Counted from the first letter of the stretch, positions 11,108 through 23,086 are shown. The stretch is 64,000 nt of DNA from Octopus sinensis (GCF_006345805.1 NC_043011.1:52588464-52652463); one strand, 5' to 3'. The notes: generated from the letters alone by a model not told the origin. Made by a program: numbers and translations.

Positions 11108-11490
11108 GAGGCGCAATGGCCCAGTGGTTAGGGCAGCGGACTCGCGGTCGTAGGATCGCGGTTTCAATTCCCAGACCGGGCGTTGTGAGTGTTTATTGAG
11201 CGAAAACACCTAAAAGCTCCACGAGGCTCTGGCAGGGGATGGTGGTGATCCCTGCTGTACTCTTTCACCACAACTTTCTCTCACTCTTACTTCCTGTTTC
11301 TGTTGTACCTGTATTTCAAAGGGCCGGCCTTGTCACTCTCTGTGTCACGCTGAATATCCCCGAGAACTATGTTAAGGGTACATGTGTCTGTGGAGTGCTC
11401 AGCCACTTACACGTTAATTTCACGAGCAGGCTGTTCCGTTGATTCAGATCAACCGGAACCCTCGTCGTTGTAACCGACGGAGTGCTTCCC
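11108..11490 (+). mobile_element. tRNA-derived SINE, near full length
   Basis: Head ggaggcgcaatggcccagtggttagggcagcggactcgcggtcgtaggatcgcggtttcaattccc with A/B-box-like motifs. Confidence 0.7.
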
Positions 11491-12038
11491 CACTCTAAGT
11501 GTCATAAGATAGAGTACATTATTATTGATTTCAAATTTTGGTGCAAGGCCAGCAATCTAGGGGGAGGGGGACGTACGATTACATCGACCTGTACTCAACT
11601 GGTACTTATTTTATCAACATTGTAAGGATGAAAGGCAAAGTTGACCTCGGTGGAATTATTCCATTATTGACACAAGTTAGAGTACTTTATCAATGGCACA
11701 GCAAGAAGTACATCATTATCGTATTACAATTGAATATGTACTTATAGATTAAGAAGGGATTACTCAATGTCTTAGATTCTCAATAGAGGGCTTGTAGGGA
11801 ATATAAATGGCCCAACACCCAATTGCTAGTTGATATCTTGTCAGTGGCAATTGCATAGCATTTGCAAACTAAAACATTCAACTGTTTATTCCAGCCTCAA
11901 CTTGACACCAATGTGATAAAGAAGGGAGTTAGAGAGGAGATCTTGGCAGGAATGTAGGCTTTTCTAACCACTGCAGCTGCTGATATAATGAGAAAACAGG
12001 AGAAAGAGAGGATTAAAAGAACTCAACAGAAACCTTAC

Positions 12039-12202
12039 CTTTTCTAACCTCAGCCTGTCTCCAATGTTAGGTGGAAAGGAGCCGGTGACAATTAACATGT
12101 CTTCTGCGGTCACTTTCCTCTGTAAACCTCGAATATAAACAACAGCAAAGAGCCGACCCATATCAGGATTTGCCATCTGTTCAGACACTCTAGCTACCAG
12201 TT
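12039..12202 (-). CDS. MRPL21: MRPL21 exon 4 (164 nt): (Q)LVARVSEQMANPDMGRLFAVVYIRGLQRKVTAEDMLIVTGSFPPNIGDRLRLEK
   Basis: ttgtttgcag| acceptor and AAG|GTAAGG donor. GRLFAVV...QxKVTxED...GxRxRLEK is the diagnostic start of the L21 domain. Confidence 0.96.
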
Positions 12203-12491
12203 CTGCAAACAAAGAGGTACATACATTAATAGGTTTTTACAGTTGAAAACATCTCTCACACAGGACTGTTGCCACCACCATCACCACCACCACCATCGTC
12301 GTCCTAGGCCCTGTTGTAACAGTTCACCAGGATTTGAACTTACGTTCTAGTGGTCAACAGTCAAGTATGTTAACTCCAGAGCTACTATGCACCTTGGTAA
12401 ACATAGTCTTGTTTAGTGGGTACTCAATAAATTTTAAAGGTCATTAATTGAATACCTTAGCATTAATTGACTATCTTACTATATACTATGT

Positions 12492-12670
12492 CAGTGCTTT
12501 TCAACATTTTTGCTGGAGCGGAACCCCAAGGAAACATTCCATTGGCTCGAGGAGCCCCTGTGCAATAATTTAATAGTCTTATGCACACATATCTGCACAG
12601 GAGAATTAAAAATTACTGCCGATTTTAGCAGTTTTGTAACTTCTTGCGGAACCCTGGTTGAAAACCACTG
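12492..12670. mobile_element. hAT (Charlie-like) MITE with perfect 8-bp TSD
   Basis: TIR CAGTG(C/G)TTTTCAAC at both ends. TSD TACTATGT at 12484-12491 and 12671-12678. Confidence 0.88.
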
Positions 12671-13340
12671 TACTATGTAATAGTATATACTCACTGCCGA
12701 CTTTATTCTGTATATTGTCTCTTAATACTTCATTGTGGTCAGATTGTTTTCTTGTTACATGTACTAGAAATCCAGCTCTTTGATCAACCAAATTACCTGC
12801 TCCTGAATTCAGGTACAGGTGGTTGAGTATTCCACAAACACGCGTACCCTTGATGTAATTCTCAGGCAGAATCAGCATGATATAGTTTGAGATGGCTGTA
12901 TCCTTTCGAAGTACAGGTACAATCACTGGAGGGGCTTCTATACCCAATTTCACTCAGAAGGTATAATTCCACCTGAGGCTATAAAAGATGACATTTGCCC
13001 AAGATACCACAGTGTGATATCAAACCCAGGACCATGGCTGCAAAACGAGCTTCTAATTTATTTATATTCATGATTATTTTCTCTGAAAGGACGAAAGTTT
13101 CGCAGAACCGTAAAGGGACACAACTCGTGCGGAAAAATAGTGTTCTCAGATTTTGCCACAAGGCCAACAATTTTAGGGGAGGGGTAGTAAGTCAATTACA
13201 TCGATCTCGCGCGGACTAAATATTAAAATCAAAATTAAATACAATGACCCAACCCATGTTGACCAAACAGCGCAGTATGTGAAGGCCTATTTAATGTTCA
13301 TAGCTTATTAATATAGTTATATTTAAAATTTCTGAAAATA

Positions 13341-13705
13341 GTAAGGAGTGTGGTAAGTTGCTTGCTTACCAACCACGTGGTTCTCGGTTCAGTCCCACTG
13401 CGTGGCATCTTGGGCAAGTGTCTTCTACTATAGCCTCGGGTTGACCAAAGCCTTGCGAGTGGATTTGGTAGACGGAAACTCAAAGAAGCCCGTCGTATAT
13501 ATGTATACATATATATATGTGTGTGTATGTTTGTCCCCCCAACATCGCTTGACAACCGATGCTGATGTTTTTATGTCCTCGTCACATAGCGGTTCGGCAA
13601 AATAGACCGATAGAATAAGTACTGGGCTTACAAAGAATAAGTCCCAGGGTCGATTTGCTCGACTAAAGGCAGTGCTCCAGCATGGCTGCAGTCAAATGAC
13701 TGAAA
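13341..13705 (+). mobile_element. tRNA-headed SINE (same family as 57930-58345)
   Basis: Head ggttcagtcccactgcgtggcatcttgggcaagtgtcttc, internal (TA)/(TG) tract and 3' gcagtcaaatgactgaaa. Confidence 0.8.
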
Positions 13706-14603
13706 AACACTGAATATTACACAACAAATTTTGCAAGCTTCGTCGTTGCTTAGCCCTAGGTCAGTCAAACCTATGATCAAAGTTGTTCCAGTCATGAGCA
13801 CCTCATCTCTTACTCAGGTTGGTGCACCACATAATCTTGTAGCAGGGTATGAATTGAAAGTTGGATGCTTTTTGTATTGGGTTAAGGGGCAGTGTGGTGG
13901 ATCCCTTGTTAGCACTTAAGATTCTTGGTTTATTCTTCAAATGGAATTGCAGCTATCATATGACCTACCAGGGGTGGCAAAAACTTCTATTAATAAAACA
14001 AACCATATTGTATAGTCACAGTAGCAGATCTAACAAGGTTTAATACCACCACCACCACCACCACCATCATCATAATCATTGAATGTCCGTTTTCCATGCT
14101 GGCATGGATTGGAAGGGTTGACTGGAGCTGGTAAGGCCAGAGGCCACACCAGGCTCCATAGAGTGTACTGGGCATTTTTAACACGGGACCAGCACAAGTG
14201 TTTTTTATGTGGCAGCAGCACCAGTATCAAGTCTACTGTAGTGAACGTGTTTTCTTGAGGACAGCGATGCACCAGATATCTCCATCCTTAGTCATCTCCG
14301 TAAGGCTCAGTGTCTTGAGATTGGACTTCAAAAACTCTACAGCGTATTTACAGAACAATCAACGAGATAGTGATGTGTTAGCAGGAGTTAACTTATATTA
14401 GGTATTTCGGATTTAGTTGGCATTCAGAGAAGGCATTGGGAAACAGAGTACTTGGTCTGCATGCAGTTCTTTATGATGTTTTTTATATAGCAACCGTCAT
14501 GACATAAAACATAACGCTTTATCAAAAAATTTTGTAACATAGTCTTTAGGTTGAACTTCATTAATCTGATAAATTTTTTGTTTCTCTAGAAACGTTATTC
14601 TTG

Positions 14604-15003
14604 GTGGCGACCTGGCAGAATCGTTAGCACGCCGGGCGAAATGCATAGCAGTATTTTGTCTGCCGCTACGTTCTGCGTTCAAATTCCGCCGAGGTCGACT
14701 TTGCCTTTCATCCATTCAGGGTCGATTAAATAAGTACCAGTTACACACTGAGGTCGATGTAATCGACTTAATCCGTTTGTCCTTTCTGTGTTTAGCTCCT
14801 TGTGGGTAGTAAAGAAATAGGTATTTCGTCTGCCGTTATATTCTGAGTTCAAATTCCGCCGAGGTCGACTTTGCCTTTCATCTTTTCTGGGTCGATTAAA
14901 TAAGTACCAGTTACGCACTGTGGTTGATATAATCGACTTAACCCATTTGTCTGTCCTTGTTTGTCCCCTCTGAGTGTAGCCCCTTGTGGGCAGTAAAGAA
15001 ATA
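14604..15003 (+). mobile_element. Abundant SINE family (gagttcaaattccgccgaggtcgactttgcctttcatcc core), two tandem units
   Basis: The core occurs twice here. Other copies at about 9810-10010, 11530-11660, 15841-16013, 28110-28310, 34490-34720, 39700-39925, 41140-41380, 42730-42945 and 61890-62070 (-), and 16532-16738, 30810-30930, 41405-41620 and 41900-42060 (+). Confidence 0.8.
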
Positions 15004-16098
15004 ATTAGAAATGTTATTCATTCATGCTCTTTTTCAAACAAATATTTATGATTTGCCTAGTCTAGCATGATGTGTTTTACATATTACATATGAGAGTTGT
15101 TAAAACAAATTCTTTTTCTATGATGTGCCACGATCAATATCTCAAAAAGCCTATTGCTAGTCAAAGGCTGACTTCGTTTGGTTTAAAGACATTAAATTAG
15201 AAAATAATTTCATATCTGTAGCATTTAAAATTTTAGATTATTTTAGATTATTAAGATGAAATACTGAATACTAGTGCCTTGAATCTATCTGGTTCCTTAT
15301 TTCAAAGACTAGAATACGTTTCAATTCTGGGCATTCACTAGATAAGGCATGAAAACAAATGTAGACAATGTAGGCACAGGTGCAGCTGTGTGGTAAGAAG
15401 TTTGCTTCCCATCCATGTGACACTAGGTCCAGCTCCACTGCAAGGCACTTCTACTTTAGCCTCGAGCTAACCAAAGCCTAGAGTGGATTTGTTAGACAAA
15501 AACTGAAAGAAGCCCGTCGTGTGCGTGAGTTTGTATCTTTGTGTTTGTGTTTTTCTTCCACCGCTTGACAACTGGTGATGGTGTGTTTATTTCCACAGTA
15601 ACTTAGCAATTCGACAAAAGAGACTGATAGCATAAGTACCAGATTTAAAAAGTACTGGGGCTGATTAGTTCAACTAAATCCTTGAAGGTGGTGCCCCAGC
15701 ATGGCCACAGTCTAACATCAAAATTGTTAACATTTGTTTGTAATCCTATTTTACAGTTAAATTAAATATGCATAAGTAAAGTTATGTGCAATGCCTAAGG
15801 GTACACAAAAAAAAAAAGTTACATATTCTTTTCTACTCTAGGCACAAGGCCCAAAATTTTGGGGTAGGGGGGGCGGTCGATTACATCGACCCCAGTACAC
15901 AACTGGTACTTGATGAAAGGCAAAGTCGACCTCGGCAGAATTTGAAGTCTGAATGTAAAGACAAACGAAATACCGCTAAGCATTTCGCTCGGAGTGCTAA
16001 CGTTTCTGCCAGTTACATATTATTCATCTGGGTGAACTGAGGATAAATATAGTGATGTGCATTGTCACAAATTCAACAGTGATAAGATTTAAACTTAC

Positions 16099-16181
16099 GT
16101 TTATTATCTTCTTCATCCAAAATCTCAGGTGGCTCTCTCTTAATCAAAGGTTTATTTGATCCAAATTTGAATTTGTGCCAT
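16099..16181 (-). CDS. MRPL21: MRPL21 exon 3 (83 nt): (K)WHKFKFGSNKPLIKREPPEILDEEDNK
   Basis: gttttacag| acceptor and C|GTAAGT donor. Phase 2 to 1 joins exons 2 and 4 in frame without stops. Confidence 0.85.
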
Positions 16182-16832
16182 CTGTAAAACATTTCAGGTA
16201 GAACAAGACCAACTTTTTTTTTAAAATCAAGAAAAAGACACAATATTTTACATTTTTGAGGGTGGGTGGAACATGCAATTGTTTTTTCTACTAGATGTCT
16301 CTCCTTATTACAAACCACCCAACCATAAAAGAGGAATGAAGTCTGGTTTTCATTCAGGTAAACTAACGGCATTGACCAGCAAGTTCACAGCTTGGAAGCA
16401 ATAAAAAAGTAAGCTAAAGAACACTAGAGTAAGGTAACTTGTTCAGGGAACTCAATATAATGATTTCATGATCATAGGTTCAGATTTAGTGCTTTCTTAA
16501 CTTTAGAGCCATTTATTAATGTGATACCTTAAGGTGGTGAGCTGGCACAATTGTTAGCATGCCTGGCAAAATGCTTAGTGGTATTTCGTCTGCTGCTAAG
16601 TTCTGAGTTCAAATTCTACCAAGGTCGACTTTGCCTTTCATCCTTTCAGGGTCAATAAATTAAGTACCAGTTGCATATTGGGGTTGACTTAATCCCTTCC
16701 CTCAAATTTGAGGCCTTGTGCTTCCAGTAGAAAGGATTAATATGATACCTTAATACTTGGGATAAAAAAGGAAAAAAAAAACTAGTTTCTTATAAATACA
16801 CAACACTACAAATTTAACATGTTGGTCTAAAT

Positions 16833-17082
16833 CGGTGATTCTCAACTGGAGCCCCTATGGCTCTTGGGGATCCATATAAGATTTTGTTGATAAAATTGAT
16901 CTGCAATAAATTGTTATACTTCTGCAACACAAACTATTTTAGCCATTTTTTAAAATACAGTTCCTAATAATATTCAATTACAAAAATATGATTTTTTTAA
17001 AAATCGAATGACTAGGACAGTCCATTTGAGTAAAATAGGAATCAAAGGGGGTCCATAGGTCAAAAATGGTTGAGAAACACTG
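16833..17082. mobile_element. Older hAT-type MITE
   Basis: Ends cggtgattctcaac / gttgagaaacactg. 8-bp flanks gtctaaat / gtttaaat match at 7 of 8 positions. Confidence 0.65.
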
Positions 17083-17311
17083 GTTTAAATTATTGACTTC
17101 GTGAAATTAAAATATGAACAAAATTCCATGACAGTGAATGTTTATGATTATCAATTCAAATTATAAAAAGGAAAATTACAAGCTGAAGTATACTTCCTGG
17201 CAAAATGTGGAATGTAGGGATGATGAGTAAGAGAGACAACGGGAAAGGGAAAATACTTTTAGCATAAAACACGAAAAAAAAATTACGTTTTAGAAAATCA
17301 ATAACATTCAA

Positions 17312-18067
17312 TATCCTCCGCGCTGGTATGGGCATGTGACGAGAATGGGTGAAGATAGTTGTGTGCAAAAGTGCCACACTCTAGCAGTTGAGGGAACCTG
17401 TGGAAGAGGTAAACCCAGGAAAATCTGGGACGAGGTGGTGAAGCACGACCTTCGAACTTTAGGTCTCACCAAGGAAATGACTAGAGACCGAGACCTATGG
17501 AAGTATGCTGTGCGTGAGAAGACCCGGCAAGACCAGTGAGAACAGTCAAAATCAAACCAAATCAACATCAGTGGAAATTGCAGCTGTGGTTAAGCGAACC
17601 ATCCGATCGTTTGTCCGTTGCCAGCCCCCATGCCGTAGGCACGTAAAAGCACCATCCGCTTGTGTCCGTTGCCAGCCTCGCCTAGCCCCCGTGCTGGTAG
17701 CACGTAAAAGCACCATCCGTTCGTGTCCGTTGCCAGCCTCGCCTGGCCCCCGTGCCGGTAGCACATAAAAGCACCATCCGTTCGTGTCTGTTGCCAGCCT
17801 CGCCTGGCCCCCGTGCTGGTGGCACGTAAAAACACCATCCGTTCGTGGCCGTTTGCCAGCTCTGTCTGGCACCTGTGCAGGTGGCACGTAAAAAGCACCC
17901 ACTACACTCACGGAGTGGTTGGCGTTAGGAAGGACATCCAGCCGTAGAAACACTGCCAAATCTGACTGGGCCTGATGAAGCCTTCCGGCTTCACAGACCC
18001 CAGTTAAACCGTCCAACCCATGCTAGCATGGAAAGCGGACGCTAAATGATGATGATGATGATGATGG
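17312..18067 (+). mobile_element. 5'-truncated RTE-clade LINE: ORF C-terminus, 3'UTR with ~60-bp subrepeats and (GAT)n tail
   Basis: RWYGHVTRM...VEGTCGRGKPRKIWDEVVKHDL...DRDLWK is the canonical RTE/BovB C-terminus. Stop at 17537-17539. Confidence 0.88.
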
Positions 18068-18246
18068 AGCCTCTACAAAACTTTGACCTGCTTAAAATAG
18101 TAGCTATATGGATAATGTACTTCAAAATATACATTGTCTAAAATGAAAGGTTTGATAAAAGCACCAGGTGCACACCAAAGTTAATTCAATCAATTCCTCT
18201 AACAAAGTTGTGACTTTGTGCCAATGTAAGAAATCCTTATACTTAC

Positions 18247-18337
18247 TTGGTCATAGAACGACGTGATTGACTTGTTACATTGAGATCTGTGGATCCTTTC
18301 AAAACAGCATTTATATTGATCACTTGAGTTAATGGGG
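18247..18337 (-). CDS. MRPL21: MRPL21 exon 2 (91 nt): (S)PLTQVINIAVLKGSTDLNVTSQSRRSMT-like presequence segment
   Basis: atttttgtag| acceptor and CAA|GTAAGT donor. It was the only stop-free phase 1 to 2 exon I found between exons 1 and 3. No sequence homology to lean on. Confidence 0.75.
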
Positions 18338-18918
18338 CTACAAAAAATATAAATAACCATTTCAAATAAGATGTAATAAAACAACCTGTTTGAACTTTAT
18401 TACTTAGTTCAATCAATGAATTCTGGGAATGGAGCCAGAGTCTTGGCTAATGTAAGGGCCATGTAGTATATGCTGACAAAGAAACACTAAATGCACAAGA
18501 ATAATATGCAAGAGAAGCACCCAAAGTATAATATTGCCTGGTAGCAAGACACAGGTATTGGATACGAAGGATGTGTAAAGCTGAGACTTGTCTTTCAATA
18601 TAAGCAAAAAACATTAATACATTAGAGGTGGGGTGCTTGTGGTAACGAGAATAGAAAACCAGTAAGTGACTAAGGAGATTCTATGATGTATGTGTCATTT
18701 GTGAAACAATTATGTTGACTGGATAGCGGGTGAAAAGGGATATACAGGTAGCTAGTTCAAAGGAACAACAGTCATTGTAGTAAAAGTAGAATAGTCAGAG
18801 AGATGAAACAGCAGGCTAGAGATAGATATCTCAGGCCCAAAACCATCATTAGTGACTTACTCGTTCCATCACATGTCCTTATTGCTGCAGTGCAGTAGAG
18901 ATACTTCATCCCATAGCT

Positions 18919-19118
18919 CAGTGGTTTTCAACCAGGGTTCCGCCAGTACAGTCTAGGGGTTCCGCAAGAAGTTAAAAAACCGCTAAAATCAGCAGTAATT
19001 TTTAATTCTCCTGTGCAGATATGTGTGCATAAGACTATTAAATTATTGCACAGGGGTTCCTCGAGTCAGTGGAATGTTTCCTTGGGGTTCCGCTCCAGCA
19101 AAAGTTTGAAAAGCACTG
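18919..19118. mobile_element. hAT (Charlie-like) MITE with perfect 8-bp TSD, same family as 12492-12670
   Basis: Same TIRs in opposite orientation. TSD CCATAGCT at 18911-18918 and 19119-19126. Confidence 0.88.
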
Positions 19119-20384
19119 CCATAGCTAAACAAAATAAGATACTGAAATACCATAATTTGTTGGTAAATTATATCTTTTCAACCTCTAGCTGCTGAGATGG
19201 TGTGGAGAGCTGGAATGCTCCATTAGCATCCAACTTCACCAAAGTATCAGATGACGTTAGGGAGAGTACCTGGCTGCTCCAGTGCCTCAACCAGGTAATC
19301 ACCTGTGGTAATGCTGTATTTTTGGCACAATGTATACCGAGGGAGTGTGCATACCTCTATTTTGATTATTTATTAACTGATTTCTCTTTTCCTCCCTTTT
19401 CTTAAATTAGCTACGTATTCATATATCTTTGTAGAATGTATTGGTGAGTGAAACTTTACCAATGCAATGTTGGGGCGACTGTGTACCGTACATAATCAGA
19501 AATGAAGGGCAACATTGCAGTAAGACGTGCAGTGACTGATGGTGGTCACGGAGATGATACTGAATCTTGTGGTGGTTAGTATCAAAGGAAGTTGAGGCGA
19601 TGATGATGATGGCAATAACATCGTAAACTACAGTCTAAAAACTAAGTTTTTACTGACTGGGAAACTCTGAAATTTATTATGAAGAATTTTCTTTTTTTAA
19701 ATGGCCTTGTACTATTTGTTGACTGTTCGCATGCTGGAGACGTCTGCATATTGGAAATATCCCAATGCAGGAAGAATTAACATTTTGTGGCATCCCCTTT
19801 TCTGTTTATTATACAGTAACAGACTTCTTCCATGACCTTAATTCTGCTACAATTTACGATCGATTTAAGCAGACTATACAAACACTGCATGAAGCAAAGT
19901 TTAAAGACGGCGTAAGTTTGCGAAAACACAGTAATTTAAATCATTCGCTGATGTCCTTGCAATTGTTTATTCGAGATATACCTTGATAAAGTAGACTAAT
20001 CATAAAAGTGTGTTCCAGCCGTAACCACCTCTTATTATTTTTTTTTGTCCCAACACGTGTATTTCTATATTATCAAGTGTATCTTTCATTTAAAAAAAAA
20101 AATAGGGTGTCTTGGAAGAAATTAGGTTGCCTTTTTTTTTTATCTAACAACAGTTGACAACATATAGACACTCTCTTTTCGAGCGTTGTGCCCTTGTAGG
20201 AAACAGGGGTAGCGAGGGAGAAACGGGTGCGTGACGGCAGACCCATCATAGCACGAGTATTAAAGTACTATTTACTTAGAAACATCGCTGAACAAATATA
20301 CTTCTAACATTACATTATCGAAATTAATACAGACACTGCATAAAGAAGTGTGGCATAAATATACATATATATTTATATACTTAC

Positions 20385-20454
20385 AAGGGCATTTGTTGGG
20401 GAGATTTTGGAAAAACCGAGACAGCGAGCAGAATGACCTTAACGAGACAGCCAT
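20385..20454 (-). CDS. MRPL21: MRPL21 exon 1 (70 nt coding): MAVSLRSFCSLSRFFQNLPNKCP
   Basis: ATG in aaaaacATGG context and T|GTAAGT donor. The peptide is Arg/Ser/Leu-rich with no acidic residues, like a mitochondrial presequence. The spliced CDS is 663 nt (220 aa plus stop). Confidence 0.82.
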
Positions 20455-20686
20455 GTTTTTTCGATTAGTTACGTCTGCTGAACTGCCGGCTGCGACTAAT
20501 CATCACTGGTATTACTGTAACTTTGCATTCCAGTTTCGAAATGGATCCAAAGCTTAAAAGAACAGTTTAAATAAAATTAGATTATGATGTTTTGATAATT
20601 TTTGTTTTGTCTTTGAGCTTTTTTTTATTGTAATCGTAAAGTCATACAAATATGTCTACGCTTGCTTCCATCGCAGTTTGCGTCTG

Positions 20687-20758
20687 TCCTCGGTAGTATA
20701 GTGGTAAGTATCCCCGCCTGTCACGCGGGAGACCGGGGTTCGATTCCCCGCCGGGGAG
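20687..20758 (+). tRNA. trnD-GTC: tRNA-Asp(GTC)
   Basis: 72-nt cloverleaf: acceptor stem TCCTCGG/CCGGGGA, anticodon stem CCCGC/GCGGG with loop CT-GTC-AC, T-loop TTCGATT and G discriminator. T-run Pol III terminator about 8 nt downstream. Confidence 0.96.
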
Positions 20759-21214
20759 GCCATTATTTTTTCTTTTTTAAGCGCAGGTGAGGCAGTTTTG
20801 CAAGAAGTTTGCTTCCCAACTACATGACTTCGAGTTCAATTCCACTACGTGTTGCTTTGGCAGGCTTTTTCTGTTAAAACCTCTGGCGAGCCAAAACCTT
20901 ATCCGTGTGGATTTGGTCGATGGAAACTGAAAGAAGCCCGTCACAAATATATATATATATATATATTTATGTGTGTCTTTGTTTACCCCCTTCCCTCTTA
21001 CAGCTTGACAATCAGTGTCAGTGCGTATATTTATATAAACTACATTCCAGGATTAAAAAAAGAAAGGTTGGATCTAGTCTTTTTCATTCGCAAAATGAGA
21101 TCCGAAACGTCCATTCATTCGACTAAAAATTCTTCAAGGCGGTACCCCAGCATGGCCGTAGTGTAATGACTCAAACAAGTAGAAGATAAAAGATATGCTT
21201 GTATTTTATTCATC

Positions 21215-21805
21215 TGTATGTATGTATGTATGTATGTATGTATGTATGTATGTATGTATGTATGTATGTATATGTATGTATGTATGTTGTATGTATGTAT
21301 GTGTGTATGCATGTATGTATGTATGTATGTATGTATGTGTGTGTGTATATGTGCATGTATGTATGCATGTATGTATGTATGTATGTATGTATGTGTGCAT
21401 GTGTGTGTGTGTATGTATGTATGCATGTGTGTATGTATGTATCTATGTATGTATGTATGTATGTATGTATGCATGTATGTATGTATGTATGTATGTATGT
21501 TATGTATGTATGTATGTACGTATGCATGTGTGCATGTGTGTGTGTATGTATGTATGTATGTATGCATGTATGTATGCATGTGTGTATGTATGTATGTATG
21601 TATGTATGTATGCATGTATGTATGTATGTATGCATGTATGTATGTATGTATGTATGTATGTATGTATGTATGTATGCATGTATGTATGCATGTATGTATG
21701 TATGTATGTATGCATGTATGTATGCATGTGTGTATGTATGTATGTATGTATGTATGTATGTATGTATGTATGTATCTATGTATGCATGTATGTATGTATG
21801 TATGT
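21215..21805. repeat. Imperfect (TATG)n microsatellite, about 590 bp
   Basis: Directly visible. It explains the MYVC/HTYI ORFs in all six frames. Confidence 0.98.
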
Positions 21806-23086
21806 AAGTATGATAAAACAATCCTTGTTCCTCAATTTACCCCGGTAAGCTCCTTTTCTCCCTTCAACATACATGACGGAGACACCATTGACACACACCC
21901 AACAGCAATTACCACTATTGTGAGCTCTCTTAGAAACCAAGATCACCTTTTCTGCATCAGGGAGACCATTTTAATTTCCAGCGGATTCAGACTATTCTTG
22001 CGTGTCTCTTTGTAAACAAACTCCATCCTCTATGTAGATTATGGAGACATTTTACTTCTCAACCGTAGTGAAGAGGTCTTATCTAAGAACTTGAGCATTC
22101 CGATTAAACCCAGCAGTGTACGAAAACGGTTTTGCCGAAACCACAAAGAGGTGACAGACATGAACTCCGCAAACCACTGTAAAAGCTAACCCACTAGGAA
22201 AGTAGTGACTCCACAAGAACAAAAACAAACAAAAAAAAACAACTGATACAGAATAGAAATGATGCTCACGTCGGAGTCACCATTATAGTTAGTGGTCCGT
22301 GGTGCGTGTATCGACTGATATCAGAAGGCTGAAATAATACATATAATGTGCCAGTTGGAAAAGAGAAGAGACACAACCGAGTAGAAGGATTATGAAAGAT
22401 TTATTGATATATCTACATGTATCTGTGTGTGTGTATTGAATCTTGCAGGCATGAAATGGATTCGATCCACCATAGCCAAATTTAAATTAACACTTCAACA
22501 GAACTTTTCTCACGGTAAAACAATAGTTTTTCTGTGTCAGCAGTTTTACATTTTCCAGATGCCTTCAGCTAGGCTGAAATAATGTCTTCACCACTTGACC
22601 CTTCTAATCTCTTCTATTTCACCAAAAGCTAGAATTAAGATAACAAGACCACCAACTAAATCTATTGTTCTCAATGATATGCCTATCCTTCTGGATAGTT
22701 ATAAAAGCAAGATCCCAAGCAAAAATCAGTTAGTCACTTTGGTGACAACTCTTGAGTTGAGAGAGCTAACATCAGTTAGTGAACCGACCACTAGAATCAT
22801 GGAAGCAGGTAGACAAACGGCCAGAGGGAAAAAGAAAAACAACGTCCCACACTCTCACTAGCTCTAATTCTGTTCTCTTACAACATCGTTCTATCTTTCT
22901 ATAATTACTACTAAACAATGACGAGAACACAAACACAAACTATGCAAGGAAAATCTATATCTATCTTTACCTCGCATGCTTTGCGGTTTTATCACCTGCC
23001 CGTCGAGGCAAGGTATATTCGATGTAACGGGTAAAAATAAAATTAATATTTCCTTAAAACTTCATGCCCTGTTCATCTTTCATCGT

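Noticed and set aside
17965-18000. CUGAUGA followed by the hairpin agcc-uucc-ggcu in the RTE 3'UTR
   Set aside because: No GAAA or stem III follows, and other copies read ctggtgca here, so it is not a hammerhead.
18413-18607. 64-aa minus-strand ORF as MRPL21 exon 2
   Set aside because: No phase-2 donor before its stop. 18247-18337 fits the required phases instead.
21115-22015. Eight overlapping 64-265 aa ORFs (MYVCMYVC / HTYIHTYI)
   Set aside because: Translations of the (TATG)n microsatellite, which has no stops in most frames.
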